Of a stretch of DNA of 64,000 nucleotides, positions 37,323 through 48,042 are shown in pieces. The translations under genes were made by a program, and so were the position numbers. Under the pieces are notes generated by a model that had not been told where the DNA came from, made no database searches, and saw only the letters and a program-made list of their open reading frames with translations. Origin of the DNA: Arcobacteraceae bacterium (GTDB taxonomy: Bacteria > Campylobacterota > Campylobacteria > Campylobacterales > Arcobacteraceae); NCBI GenBank assembly GCA_965224485.1, contig CBDCZH010000016.1, forward strand, positions 128,001 to 192,000, given 5' to 3'. The first letter of the stretch is position 1; every line of letters begins with the position of its first letter.

Positions 37323-37380
37323 TTGACTTAAAAGTCAAAGAGTGTTATAATTTATTGATTGACTTATAAGTCAATCAATA
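37323..37380 (+). promoter_or_regulatory. sigma70 promoter overlapped by two TTGACTT-N2-AAGTCAA operators
   Basis: TTGACT(37323)-17 bp-TATAAT(37346); operator 1 at 37323-37338; perfect 28-bp palindrome at 37353-37380. Confidence 0.75.
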
Positions 37381-37393
37381 AAAAGGAAATAAT

Positions 37394-39796
37394 ATGAAAG
37401 CAGATAGAAGAGATTTTGTCAAAAATAGTGTTTTAGGATTAGGAGCAGTTACTTGCTTACCTATAAATAGTATAGCTACAAATGTTTTGGTAGAACAAAC
37501 TAAGAAAATTCCTCATGCAAATCACTATGGACCTTTTATTGCACATGTAAAAGGAAATAAAATATTTGATATTGTACCAAGAAATGAATTAGATGAAAAA
37601 CCTCTTATTATGATGAAGGGTCAAATTGATAGATTAGAATCAAAAAGTAGAGTCAAATATCCTTATGTAAGAAAAAGCTTTTTAGAAGGCAAAGATAAAA
37701 AAGAGTTAAGAGGAAGTGAAGAGTTTGTAAAAGTATCTTGGGAAGAAGCTTTAGACTTAGTGCATAAGAAGATTCAAAACCTTATTTCAAAAGAAGGAAA
37801 TAAGGCAATATATAATGCTTCTTATGGAGGCTGGGCACATCCAGGACGACTTGGAAAAGTTAATTCACTAGCAGGAAGATTTTTTAATACTATTGGAGGA
37901 GCTGTTAAAACTTCAGGAGATTATTCAACTGGTTCATCAATGGCAATTATGCCTACTGTTATGGGTAATTTAGAAATATATTCTAAACAAACAAGCCATG
38001 AAGAAATAGTAAAAAATACTAAAGTTATGATTTTGTGGGGAAGTGACTTATACAAAACTAATAGAATTGCATATACCGTGCCAAATCATAAAAATGAAAC
38101 TTGGTATGAAGAGTATAAAAAAGCTGGAATTAAATTTATTTCAATTGATCCTATAAATACTCAAACAGCTCAAGAGTTTAAAGCACAATGGATTAAAATT
38201 AGACCAGGAAGTGATTTAGCCTTTATGTTAGCACTTATGAATTATATGTATAAAAATAAATTATATAATAAAGATTTTATAAGTACATATACAAGTGGGT
38301 TTGAAGAATTTTTGCCTTATTTATTAGGACAAAGTGATGGAATTGATAAAACTCCTGCTTGGGCAGAAAAGCTTACAGATATTCCTTCTGAAACCATAAA
38401 AGACTTAGCTCATATTATGATTGAAAATAGAACACTTATTTCTGGAAACTGGGCAATTCAAAGAGCAGATAATGGTGAACAAATGCATTGGATGATGGTA
38501 GTACTAGCTTCAATGGTTGGCCAAATTGGACTTTCTGGTGGTGGCATTGGACTGGCTATGCATTGGGCAGGGGCAGGACAAGCTAGTTCAGGTAAAAAAG
38601 TAGCTCCTGGTCTTAGCCAAGGTGGTGGAGATAAGGTTAAATTTGCAATTCCTGCTTCAAGAATGAGTGAGCTTATTTTAAATCCAGGTAAAACAATAAC
38701 TTTTAAGGGTAAAAAAATTACCTTTCCTCATGTAAAACTAATGTATATAGCAGGTTGTTCTCCTATTGGTCATCAACCTGATACAAATGAAGTAATAAAA
38801 GCACTTAAAACATTAGATACTGTAATAGTACAAGAACCATGGTGGACTCCGACTGCTAAAATGGCAGATATTGTTCTTCCTGCAACTATGACTTTAGAAA
38901 GAGATGATATAACTTTTGGACAATTTTATTCACAAGATAAAATTTTTGCCATGCCTAAGGTAGTAGACAATGCTTTTGAAGCAAAAGATGATTATTGGAT
39001 TTTCGCACAATTAGCTAAACGATTCAAAAAAGAAAAGAAATTCACTAAAAATAGAACACAAATGCAATGGGTTAAACATCTTTATTCAAAAACTTATGCA
39101 TCTAAAAAAATGAAAGTATCATTTGAAAAGTTTTGGAGTGATGGTTATGTGCAATATGATATTCCTAAAAGTGCCAAAGAGTATGTACGTCATCAAGCCT
39201 TTAGATTAAATCCTATTAAAAATAAACTAAAAACTCAAAGTGGTAAAATTCAAATATTCTCTCAAAAAATAAAAGACTATGGTTATCTTGGTTATCCAAC
39301 ATGGATGGAACCAAAAGAGTGGTTAGGAGCTAAAGAGAGTAAAGAGTATCCCTTTCATCTACTTTCTCCTCATTCAGCATATAGATTACACACCCAAATG
39401 GATAATACCTGGGTAGTAAATGCTTTCAAAGTTGCCGGAAAAGAACCAATTTTAATAAATGAACAAGACGCAAAAGAGTTAAATATAAAAGATGGGGATA
39501 TAGTAGAAGTTTCAAATAAAAGAGGGAAACTTTTAGCAGGTGCTGTTGTCACAAATGATATAAGAAGAGGTGTCACCGCCATTCATGAAGGTGCTTGGTA
39601 CTCACCTATTTCTTTTAAAGAAGAAAACAGTATTTGTACAAGTGGTCATGTAAATGTACTAACACCTTCACGTCCAACTTCAGGTATTGCACAAGCTGCT
39701 ACTACAAATTCAACCTTAGTTTCAATAAAAAAAGCACTTGGAGTAATACCTCCTAATAGAGCATACGAACCACCAATGCTAATAGAAGAGTCATAA
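37394..39796 (+). CDS. Tat-exported molybdopterin S/N-oxide reductase (TorA/TorZ/BisC family)
   Basis: RRDFVK twin-arginine; SRVKYPYVRK, GDYSTG, QRADNGEQ, SPH..YRLHTQ. Confidence 0.9.
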   Translation: MKADRRDFVKNSVLGLGAVTCLPINSIATNVLVEQTKKIPHANHYGPFIAHVKGNKIFDIVPRNELDEKPLIMMKGQIDRLESKSRVKYPYVRKSFLEGKDKKELRGSEEFVKVSWEEALDLVHKKIQNLISKEGNKAIYNASYGGWAHPGRLGKVNSLAGRFFNTIGGAVKTSGDYSTGSSMAIMPTVMGNLEIYSKQTSHEEIVKNTKVMILWGSDLYKTNRIAYTVPNHKNETWYEEYKKAGIKFISIDPINTQTAQEFKAQWIKIRPGSDLAFMLALMNYMYKNKLYNKDFISTYTSGFEEFLPYLLGQSDGIDKTPAWAEKLTDIPSETIKDLAHIMIENRTLISGNWAIQRADNGEQMHWMMVVLASMVGQIGLSGGGIGLAMHWAGAGQASSGKKVAPGLSQGGGDKVKFAIPASRMSELILNPGKTITFKGKKITFPHVKLMYIAGCSPIGHQPDTNEVIKALKTLDTVIVQEPWWTPTAKMADIVLPATMTLERDDITFGQFYSQDKIFAMPKVVDNAFEAKDDYWIFAQLAKRFKKEKKFTKNRTQMQWVKHLYSKTYASKKMKVSFEKFWSDGYVQYDIPKSAKEYVRHQAFRLNPIKNKLKTQSGKIQIFSQKIKDYGYLGYPTWMEPKEWLGAKESKEYPFHLLSPHSAYRLHTQMDNTWVVNAFKVAGKEPILINEQDAKELNIKDGDIVEVSNKRGKLLAGAVVTNDIRRGVTAIHEGAWYSPISFKEENSICTSGHVNVLTPSRPTSGIAQAATTNSTLVSIKKALGVIPPNRAYEPPMLIEES

Positions 39797-39797
39797 A

Positions 39798-40313
39798 ATG
39801 AAATTTCTATTACTAATCTTTTTCTTAAGTTGCCAATTTTTATTGGCAACTTCTTTTGCCTATATTAATAAAGATATTAGCACAAAAAACTATTCTTTAA
39901 AACAAGGAAGCAAAGTTGAGATTATAAAAGAAATAAATCAAAAAGTTGAAATTAAAATAAGTGCTTCAATAAATGCTAATAATGAACTTTTCTTTGATAA
40001 AAATCAAAATTATAAAATAGGTTCTTATAAAAACTACAAAAAGAATAATAGCGGAATCTATATTTTTAAAATTGATAAAGAAAATCTAAGTAAAAGTTCA
40101 GCTGAAGTTTGGGAAGAAGCTCAAGATATGTATTATGAAGGATGTACTCAGTGTCATTCAGCAATGGAGACATATGAACATACAATGTTAGAATGGGAAG
40201 GTATTTTTGAATCAATGAAAGACCAAGCTCAACTAGAAGAAGATGAAAACTTAAAAATTCTATCTTATCTTAAAAGTCATGCTCAAGATGGTTTTATAAA
40301 AGAAGAGGAATAA
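39798..40313 (+). CDS. Monoheme cytochrome c partner of the molybdoenzyme
   Basis: Signal peptide; CTQCH; W...F.SM. Confidence 0.85.
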   Translation: MKFLLLIFFLSCQFLLATSFAYINKDISTKNYSLKQGSKVEIIKEINQKVEIKISASINANNELFFDKNQNYKIGSYKNYKKNNSGIYIFKIDKENLSKSSAEVWEEAQDMYYEGCTQCHSAMETYEHTMLEWEGIFESMKDQAQLEEDENLKILSYLKSHAQDGFIKEEE

Positions 40314-40322
40314 ACTCTTCTT

Positions 40323-40418
40323 TTATTGATTTGATATAAAATATAATGTTGTAGATATTGTTATTGAATAAAAACTTATTAATATTAAGTAATCTTTTAT
40401 ATTTGTATTAAATTCCAT
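40323..40418 (-). CDS. Putative 31-aa hydrophobic small protein
   Basis: AAGGAG RBS; MEFNTNIKDYLILISFYSITISTTLYFISNQ*. Confidence 0.4.
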   Translation of the reverse strand: MEFNTNIKDYLILISFYSITISTTLYFISNQ

Positions 40419-40448
40419 TTTTTCTCCTTTTTATAGGAGAAAAATCTC

Positions 40449-40502
40449 CTAATTATTTTTTTTATTTATCTTTCTTCTTTTAGACCTTTTCATGTCTGAC
40501 AT
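40449..40502 (-). CDS. Putative 17-aa basic small peptide or leader
   Basis: AAGGAG RBS; MSDMKRSKRRKINKKNN*. Confidence 0.35.
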   Translation of the reverse strand: MSDMKRSKRRKINKKNN

Positions 40503-40532
40503 TTATCTCCTTTTTTACAAAAAATTTGCATA

Positions 40533-40565
40533 AAAAAAAGGATGTGCTAAAAAGCACATCCTTTT
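40533..40565 (-). terminator. typA intrinsic terminator
   Basis: GGATGTGCT/AGCACATCC stem followed by a U-run on the minus strand. Confidence 0.85.
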
Positions 40566-40585
40566 AAAATTAGATTTCTAATTTT

Positions 40586-42400
40586 TTAGTTGAATTTTAC
40601 TTTTTTAGCATATCTTTTTCGAACTACTGGATCGAGTTCTCTTTTTCTAACTCTAATTGAAATTGGTGTAACTTCAACTAACTCATCATCTTCAATCCAC
40701 TCTAGGGCATTTTCTAGTCCCATTTGTTTTGGTGGAACTAACTTAATAGCTTCATCAGCACCCGAGCTTCTTACGTTTGATTGTTGTTTAGCTTTAACAG
40801 GGTTAACATCTAAATCATTACCTTTAGCATGTTGACCAATTACCATTCCGTTATAAACTTTATCTTGAGGTTTAACAAACATTATTCCTCTATCTTGTAA
40901 GTTAAAGATTGAATAACCAACAGCTTCTCCATCTTCCATAGAAACTAAAGCACCATATTTTCTACTTTCAACAGTTCCTGAATGAGGTCTGAAATCTAAG
41001 AAAGAGTGATTCATAACACCTTCACCTTTTGTATCAGTTAAGAACTCAGTTCTAATACCAATAAGTCCACGTGCAGGAATTTCAAATTCTAATCTTGTAT
41101 AACCTGAACCCATTGGAATCATGTTAGTCATATTAGCTTTTCTCTTACCAAGTTTTTCAATAATTGTTCCAGTAAATTCATCAGGAGTATCAATTACTAA
41201 ATGCTCAAATGGCTCCATCTTAACACCATCAACTTCTTTAATAATTACTTCAGGTCTTCCAATACAAAACTCAAAACCTTCTCTTCTCATGTTTTCAGCC
41301 AAGATACAAATTTGTAACTCACCCCTACCATTTACTTTAAACTTACCTTCACCAATTTGCTCATAATTCATAGCAATATTAGTATTCATCTCAGCTTCTA
41401 ATCTTTCATCAATTTTATTTGATGTAATGAATTTACCTTCAGTTCCAGCTAGTGGAGAATCATTTACTTGGAAAGTAATAGATAAAGTAGGCTCTTCAAT
41501 ATGCATAGGATCTAATGGCATTGGATTTAAAGGATCACAAAGTGAATCTCCAACATCAATAGTTTCAAAACCAGCAACAGCAACAATATCACCAGTTCCA
41601 GCTTTATCAATATCAAATCTCTCAATACCTTTAAAACCAATAAGTTTAGTAACTCTACCTTTAAGTTTTTCGCCATCAGCTTTAACTAAAGTAACAGTTT
41701 CTCCCATAGCAATTGTTCCATTAAAAATTCTAGCAATTCCTATTTTTCCAATAAAGTTATCATAATCAAGTGTAAATACTTGTAATTGAAGACCATTGTC
41801 ATCACTACCTTTTGGTTTTGGAACTTCTCTTAAAATCATGTCAAATAAAGGAGTTAAATCTTTATTTTCATCTTCTAAATCAATTTTTGCATAACCATCT
41901 CTTGCAGCTGCATAAATTACTGGAAATTCTAATTGCTCTTCAGTAGCACCCATTTGATCAAATAGGTCAAATACTTCATCAACAACTCTATCAGCATCAC
42001 TACCTGGTTTGTCAATTTTATTTACAACTAAAATTGGTCTATGACCTAATGAAAGTGCTTTTTTAACAACAAACTTAGTTTGAGGCATAACACCTTCTTG
42101 AGCATCTACTAATAAAAGTACACAGTCAACCATTTTAAGAACTCTCTCAACTTCTCCACCAAAGTCAGCATGACCTGGAGTATCAATAATGTTAATTCTT
42201 ACATCTTTATAATCAACAGCAGTATTTTTAGAAAGAATTGTAATTCCTCTTTCTTTTTCAATATCATTACTATCCATTACTCGCTCTTCTACTTCTTGGT
42301 GAGCTGTAAAAGTTCCAGATTGTTTTAATAATTCATCTACTAATGTAGTTTTACCATGATCAACGTGTGCAATTACAGCAATATTTCTAATATCTCTCAT
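40586..42400 (-). CDS. typA: Translational GTPase TypA/BipA
   Basis: [37 protein letters not shown]. Confidence 0.98.
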   Translation of the reverse strand: MRDIRNIAVIAHVDHGKTTLVDELLKQSGTFTAHQEVEERVMDSNDIEKERGITILSKNTAVDYKDVRINIIDTPGHADFGGEVERVLKMVDCVLLLVDAQEGVMPQTKFVVKKALSLGHRPILVVNKIDKPGSDADRVVDEVFDLFDQMGATEEQLEFPVIYAAARDGYAKIDLEDENKDLTPLFDMILREVPKPKGSDDNGLQLQVFTLDYDNFIGKIGIARIFNGTIAMGETVTLVKADGEKLKGRVTKLIGFKGIERFDIDKAGTGDIVAVAGFETIDVGDSLCDPLNPMPLDPMHIEEPTLSITFQVNDSPLAGTEGKFITSNKIDERLEAEMNTNIAMNYEQIGEGKFKVNGRGELQICILAENMRREGFEFCIGRPEVIIKEVDGVKMEPFEHLVIDTPDEFTGTIIEKLGKRKANMTNMIPMGSGYTRLEFEIPARGLIGIRTEFLTDTKGEGVMNHSFLDFRPHSGTVESRKYGALVSMEDGEAVGYSIFNLQDRGIMFVKPQDKVYNGMVIGQHAKGNDLDVNPVKAKQQSNVRSSGADEAIKLVPPKQMGLENALEWIEDDELVEVTPISIRVRKRELDPVVRKRYAKKVKFN

Positions 42401-42560
42401 TTAGTCTCTTTATACATAAATTTTCGCGATTATACTAAATATTTGCTTAATTTAAGCTATAAATAATACTTTAATAAGATTAAAATTATAAATATGTCAT
42501 TTTTTATATTAAAAATGCTTTTATACTCTTATATTTGATATACTTTTTAAAAAGAATATT

Positions 42561-43478
42561 ATGAACTACACCTCAATATTACAAGAAATACAAAAAGAGA
42601 TTGAACCTTTATTTAATAAAGGTAAAGTTGCAAATTATATTCCAGCTTTAAAAGATGTAGATCCCAAACAATTTGCTATGAGCTTGAACTTATTTGATGG
42701 AAGCTCATATCATATAGGTTCATCTAATACAAAATTTTCAATTCAAAGTATTTCAAAAGTTTTTACCTTTACTCTAGCACTTCATTTATATGGTAAACAA
42801 CTCTATAAAAATGTAGGGCATGAACCCTCAGGTGACCCTTTTAACTCCCTTGTACAATTAGAGTATGAAAATGGAATTCCTAGAAATCCTTTTATCAACG
42901 CAGGAGCTTTAGTTACAACAGATTTATTAATTAATACCTATAAAGATGGAACTTTTGACAAAATACTTAGTTTTATACAAGATATTTCTAATAATAAAAG
43001 TATTACTTATGATAAAGACGTAGCTATTTGTGAAGAGCAAACAGGATATATGAACTTTGCTTTATTAAATATGATGAAAAGTTATAAAAATATCTCAAAC
43101 GATATTTTAGAAGTTGCCAAAACTTACTTTAAACACTGTTCAATTTCAATGAGTACGCAAGAGCTAAGTTCTGCCATGTTATTTTTAGCAAATCATGGAA
43201 CAGATCCTATTACAAAAAAAGAGTTTATAACCCAGTCTCAAGCAAAAAGAATAAACTCTTTAATGTTAACGTGTGGTCATTATGATGCCTCTGGTGATTT
43301 TGCCTTTAAAGTAGGATTACCAGGAAAAAGTGGAGTAGGAGGAGGAATTGTTGCAATTATTCCAAATCTTATGTCAATTTGTGTTTACAGCCCACAACTA
43401 AATAAAAATGGAAACTCCTTAATTGGAACAAGAGCTTTAGAGTTATTTACTACAAAAACAGGTTTATCTATTTTCTAG
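42561..43478 (+). CDS. glsA: Glutaminase
   Basis: FSIQSISK, EPSGDPFNS, NPFINAGA, PGKSGVGGG. Confidence 0.95.
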   Translation: MNYTSILQEIQKEIEPLFNKGKVANYIPALKDVDPKQFAMSLNLFDGSSYHIGSSNTKFSIQSISKVFTFTLALHLYGKQLYKNVGHEPSGDPFNSLVQLEYENGIPRNPFINAGALVTTDLLINTYKDGTFDKILSFIQDISNNKSITYDKDVAICEEQTGYMNFALLNMMKSYKNISNDILEVAKTYFKHCSISMSTQELSSAMLFLANHGTDPITKKEFITQSQAKRINSLMLTCGHYDASGDFAFKVGLPGKSGVGGGIVAIIPNLMSICVYSPQLNKNGNSLIGTRALELFTTKTGLSIF

Positions 43479-43563
43479 TTTTTATATATTCTTCAAATCT
43501 AAAAATATATTTTAAGTAATTTTGAAATTTGTTTAGATTATAATTCGTTAAAAAAGGTCTTCA

Positions 43564-44172
43564 ATGAGTGCATTAGAAATAACAGATATTATTGGCATTA
43601 TCTCTTTTGCTCTTTCTGGTTTTTTAATAGCAGTTCATCATAAACTTGATATCTTAGGAATTATAATAACTGCTTTTTTAACAGCCCTAGGGGGAGGATT
43701 AATAAGAGATATAATTGCAAATAAAGCACCTTTTATTTTTACTCACTACTTACCCGTAGCTCTTGTTTTAATAAGTGTTCTAATTGCAATTTTATTTAAA
43801 CTTCATAAAATCACAGATTTAGAAGGAAAAACAACTTTTGTGGTGACTGATACTATTGGTTTAGTTTCTTTTTCAATTTCAGGAGCTATTTTAGCCTTAG
43901 ATGTTGGGTTTAATTTTGTAGGAGTCTTACTTCTTTCAATGATAACAGCAATTGGAGGAGGAACACTAAGAGATCTAATGGTAAATAGAGTTCCTGCTTT
44001 TTTAACCAGTGATTTTTATGCTAGTACTGCTTTAATAATTGCAAGTATAATAGCCGCCTTAGATTATACAAACCAAATTTCGTTCTTAAGTTTACTAACA
44101 ACTTTTGCCTTTGGTTTCTTTCTAAGACTAACGGCACATTATAGAAAATGGAAACTCCCTAAACTAAGCTAA
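43564..44172 (+). CDS. UPF0126/YadS (TRIC family) membrane protein, putative glycine uptake
   Basis: Duplicated TALGGGLIRD / TAIGGGTLRD motifs. Confidence 0.88.
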   Translation: MSALEITDIIGIISFALSGFLIAVHHKLDILGIIITAFLTALGGGLIRDIIANKAPFIFTHYLPVALVLISVLIAILFKLHKITDLEGKTTFVVTDTIGLVSFSISGAILALDVGFNFVGVLLLSMITAIGGGTLRDLMVNRVPAFLTSDFYASTALIIASIIAALDYTNQISFLSLLTTFAFGFFLRLTAHYRKWKLPKLS

Positions 44173-44206
44173 GTTCTAAGAATAACCATCAACCATTAAC
44201 CATAAA

Positions 44207-45574
44207 CTAATGACTAGCAACTAAATCAAGTATAGACTCACTTAAAGTTGGGTGGGCAAAAATCATTTTTTCTAAATCTTTTAAATTTAGATCTGCATTT
44301 ATACTTATTAAAAATTGATGAATTAACTCAGTAGCTTCATTTCCAATTATTGAAGCTCCTAAAATTTTACCTGTATTTGCCTCATGTAAAATTTTAATAA
44401 AACCAGCATCATCACCTTTTATTTTTGCTTTTACATTTGTTTTGAAAAATATTTTTTTTACTTTAAAATCAACTTCACTCTCTTTTAATGCTTTTTCGCT
44501 TTGCCCAATACTAGCAATTTGGGGAGTACAAAATGTAACAGAAGGGAAAATTGCATCTTTTTTCATAACATCTTCTTCTAAGATTATACTTGCAACTCTT
44601 TTTGCTTCATAATAAGCCATATGAGCTAAAGCAGGTGTAGCAATAACATCTCCAATTGCATAAACATTTTCATTACTTACACTTTGCAAGTTATCATTAA
44701 CTTCTACAAATCCTCTATCTAGTTTAATATTCGCATTTTTAGCTTCAAGATCAGACGTATTTGGGTTTCTTCCAATAGAAATAAGAATTTTATCATATGA
44801 TTTAACTTCTTGTTTCTTACCTAGGTCTAAAGTAACTTCTACTTCATTTTCTTTTATTTCATATGAGGTAACATTAGCTTTTAAATATACTTTGATTCCA
44901 GTTCTTGTAAGTTCTCTATTTAAAGTTTTTGAAACATCTTCATCTTCAATAGGAACTAAAGAGGCTGTAAACTCTGCAATTTCTACTTTTACACCTAAAG
45001 AAGAGAAAAATGAAGCAAACTCACAACCAATAGCCCCACCACCTACAACTAAAATAGATTTAGGAAGTTCATTTAAAGTAAAAACTTCTTTACTTGAAAT
45101 AATTTTATCTTCACATAAGTTCATTAAAGGATGTTCTCTATGAATAGATCCACTTGCTATTATAAATTTTTTAGCACTTAGAACTTCATTATCGTCACCT
45201 TTTAATTTAATAGAAGTTTCATTTACAAAAGAAGCAGTTCCATATTTTATATCTACCTTAGCATTTTTAAGTTTTTTTAAAATACCATCTTTCATATCTT
45301 TTATCAAACAAGCAGTATTTTGCTTAAGTGCTTGTATATCAAAAGAGTTTAAAGTAAAATCAACTCCAGTTTTTGCAAAATATGAGGCTTTTTTAACATA
45401 AGTTGATGTTTCTAAAAAATTCTTAGCAGGAACACAACCTTCGTTTAAACAAGTTCCACCAATACGACTCTCATCTTTATCAACTATACAAACATTTTTT
45501 CCAGCCATACCAAGTAAAGAAGCAGCTTCATAACCAGCAGAACCAGCTCCAATTATTATTACATCATAAATCAT
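44207..45574 (-). CDS. lpdA: Dihydrolipoyl dehydrogenase
   Basis: GAGSAG, GGTCLNEGCVP, GGGAIG, AHPTLSE. Confidence 0.92.
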   Translation of the reverse strand: MIYDVIIIGAGSAGYEAASLLGMAGKNVCIVDKDESRIGGTCLNEGCVPAKNFLETSTYVKKASYFAKTGVDFTLNSFDIQALKQNTACLIKDMKDGILKKLKNAKVDIKYGTASFVNETSIKLKGDDNEVLSAKKFIIASGSIHREHPLMNLCEDKIISSKEVFTLNELPKSILVVGGGAIGCEFASFFSSLGVKVEIAEFTASLVPIEDEDVSKTLNRELTRTGIKVYLKANVTSYEIKENEVEVTLDLGKKQEVKSYDKILISIGRNPNTSDLEAKNANIKLDRGFVEVNDNLQSVSNENVYAIGDVIATPALAHMAYYEAKRVASIILEEDVMKKDAIFPSVTFCTPQIASIGQSEKALKESEVDFKVKKIFFKTNVKAKIKGDDAGFIKILHEANTGKILGASIIGNEATELIHQFLISINADLNLKDLEKMIFAHPTLSESILDLVASH

Positions 45575-45594
45575 ATTTTTCCTTTGTAAAAATA

Positions 45595-45637
45595 AATGAA
45601 TAATGAATAATTAATCTTACATTATTCATTATTCATT
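45595..45637. repeat. Heptamer-built 17-bp inverted repeat
   Basis: aatgaataatgaataat-N9-attattcattattcatt. Confidence 0.6.
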
Positions 45638-45649
45638 ATTAATTATTCA

Positions 45650-46513
45650 TTATTTTACGTACTCATGTGCCATATATGAGCTTCTTGCATACGGACTTGA
45701 GTGTACATATTCAAAACCCATATCCAAAGCTGTTCTTTTATATAAGGCAAATTGTGCAGGAGTAACATACTCTACAACTTTTTCATATTCACCTGAAGGA
45801 GCTAAGTATTGACCAATACTTAGCAAAGTACAGCCCACGTTTAATAAATCTTTAAATACTTCTACCATTTCATCATGTGTTTCACCAAGTCCAACCATTA
45901 AGGCACTTTTTGTTTTAACATTAGAAGGGCTTAATATTTTTAACTGTCTTAGAACTTCAAGAGAGCGTTTATAAGTTGATGCTTTTCTTACATTATAAAG
46001 TCTTGGAATTGTTTCCACATTATGTCCTAAAACAATAGCTCCACAATCAGATACATTTTTAATAGATGATATTTTTCCCTTAAAATCAGGTACTAAAAGT
46101 TCTACCTTAGCATCAGGAATATTTTTTAAAATATCTTTTGTTACTTTTAAAAACTGTTGAGAACCACCATCATCTAAATCATCTCTAGCAGGAGAGGTTA
46201 TAACAACATATTTTAAATCCAACTTCTTAACAGCAGTTGTAACTTGCTGTATTTCTTTATCATTTACTTCAAAAGGTTTTCCAGTCATTACATTACAATA
46301 AGTACAGCGTCTAGTACAGATATTTCCTAAGATTAAAAAAGTTGCATTTTTATTTGAAAAACACTCAGATATATTAGGACATTTTGCTTCTTGACAAATA
46401 GTATGAATTCCAACATCATTTAAAAGTTGATCCATCTGTTTTTGAGCAGAAAATGATATTTTTTTTCTTAACCACTCAGGTTTTCTTTGCATCTGTTTAC
46501 TTTTTACTGTCAT
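45650..46513 (-). CDS. lipA: Lipoyl synthase
   Basis: CQEAKCPNISEC, CTRRCTYC, RSSY. Confidence 0.96.
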   Translation of the reverse strand: MTVKSKQMQRKPEWLRKKISFSAQKQMDQLLNDVGIHTICQEAKCPNISECFSNKNATFLILGNICTRRCTYCNVMTGKPFEVNDKEIQQVTTAVKKLDLKYVVITSPARDDLDDGGSQQFLKVTKDILKNIPDAKVELLVPDFKGKISSIKNVSDCGAIVLGHNVETIPRLYNVRKASTYKRSLEVLRQLKILSPSNVKTKSALMVGLGETHDEMVEVFKDLLNVGCTLLSIGQYLAPSGEYEKVVEYVTPAQFALYKRTALDMGFEYVHSSPYARSSYMAHEYVK

Positions 46514-46593
46514 TATTTCTCCTTAAATAAAAAGCAAAAAGAATAAGATTTTTCTTAAACTTTTCACTTTTAGTTTTTAACTTTTAACTTAAA

Positions 46594-48042
46594 TTAGTGT
46601 TGTGATCTTATATTTAACTCTTTTATAGCTCTTGTATCATCAGGTCTACAAACACCTAATGTTTTAGGATAAGATTTAAATGCTTCTGGATCTTTTTGTG
46701 CTAATTTAACAGCTTCAATCATACGATCACAAAAAATATCAATTGTTTCTTTATTTTCTGTTTCAGTAGGTTCTATCATAATCGCTTCTTTTACAATTAG
46801 AGGAAAATAAACAGTAGGAGCATGCATTCCAAAATCTAATAAATATTTTGCAATATCCATAGCAGTAACACCATTTTTTGCTAGGGTTTTAGCAGATAAA
46901 ACACACTCATGCATACATAAAGCATCAAAAGGAACATCAAAATAGTCTCTTAATCTAACTCTTATATAGTTTGCATTTAGTACAGCTTTTGTAGATGCAT
47001 TTAACATTCCATTAGCCCCTAATGTTGTCATATATGTAATAGCTCTTAAAGATATTCCATAGTTTCCAAAGAAAGGAGATATTTTACCAATGCTTTGTTC
47101 TGTTCCATTTGTAATTTCATATTTATCATTTACTTTTTTAATTCCTAAATCAGGTAAAAAAGGTTTAAGTTTTTCATTTACTCCAACAGGACCGCTCCCT
47201 GGACCGCCACCACCATGAGGTGTTGCAAATGTTTTATGAACATTAATATGAATAACATCAAAACCAATTTCACCTGGTTTTGCAACTCCCATAATAGCAT
47301 TCATATTTGCACCATCATAATACATCATTGCATCGTATGAATGTGCTAAAGCACAAATATCTTTGATTTTTTTATTATACATTCCAAGAGTATTTGGAAC
47401 AGTTAACATAACAGCAGCTACTTCATCGCTCATTTTTGCTTTAAACTCCTCAAAGTCCATAGCTCCGTTTTCATCTGATTTAATAGTAATTACTTCATAT
47501 CCAACCATAGCAGCAGTTGCAGGATTTGTACCATGTGAGCTATCAGGAACAATAACATATTTTCTTTTATTCCCTTTGCTTTTGTGATAGGCATCAATCA
47601 TCATAATACCTAACATTTCTCCATGAGCTCCTGCTTGTGGAGTTGTTGTAAATGCTTTCATTCCAGTTACTTCACATAAAGTTTTCTCTAACATATCAAT
47701 AGTTTCTAGAGCACCTTGAACATCATTAGTCATCTTATTTGTAATTAAATGAGGATGAATATTTAAAAAACCATCAAGATTAGCAATTCTTTCAACAATT
47801 TTAGGATTATACTTCATAGTACAAGAACCCAAGGGATAAAAGTTTTTATCAATTGACATATTTTTGCTAGATAGATTTGTATAATGTCTTATTACATCAA
47901 ACTCACTAAGTTGTGGAAGTTTTGCTCTATTTTTTCTTTTTAAAGAAGAGTCAATTTCACACTTAGGTACATCAAAAGCAGGTAATTTTATACCAACTCT
48001 TCCTTCTTGTGATTTGTCAAAAATAGTTACACTTAAACTCAT
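46594..48042 (-). CDS. gcvPB: Glycine dehydrogenase subunit 2
   Basis: YPLGSCTMKYNP, HGTNPATA, NVHKTFATPHGGGGPG. Confidence 0.96.
   Translation of the reverse strand: MSLSVTIFDKSQEGRVGIKLPAFDVPKCEIDSSLKRKNRAKLPQLSEFDVIRHYTNLSSKNMSIDKNFYPLGSCTMKYNPKIVERIANLDGFLNIHPHLITNKMTNDVQGALETIDMLEKTLCEVTGMKAFTTTPQAGAHGEMLGIMMIDAYHKSKGNKRKYVIVPDSSHGTNPATAAMVGYEVITIKSDENGAMDFEEFKAKMSDEVAAVMLTVPNTLGMYNKKIKDICALAHSYDAMMYYDGANMNAIMGVAKPGEIGFDVIHINVHKTFATPHGGGGPGSGPVGVNEKLKPFLPDLGIKKVNDKYEITNGTEQSIGKISPFFGNYGISLRAITYMTTLGANGMLNASTKAVLNANYIRVRLRDYFDVPFDALCMHECVLSAKTLAKNGVTAMDIAKYLLDFGMHAPTVYFPLIVKEAIMIEPTETENKETIDIFCDRMIEAVKLAQKDPEAFKSYPKTLGVCRPDDTRAIKELNIRSQH

Noticed and set aside
40590..41765. Plus-strand ORFs opposite typA (and similar antisense or nested ORFs at 1751, 3555, 5343, 9129, 9475, 14431, 15561, 18487, 20454, 24483, 28343, 29051, 39370, 39646, 44892, 47363, 48304, 48992, 49760, 55157, 57137, 60520, 61916)
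   Set aside because: Shadow ORFs overlapping well-supported genes, with no motifs.
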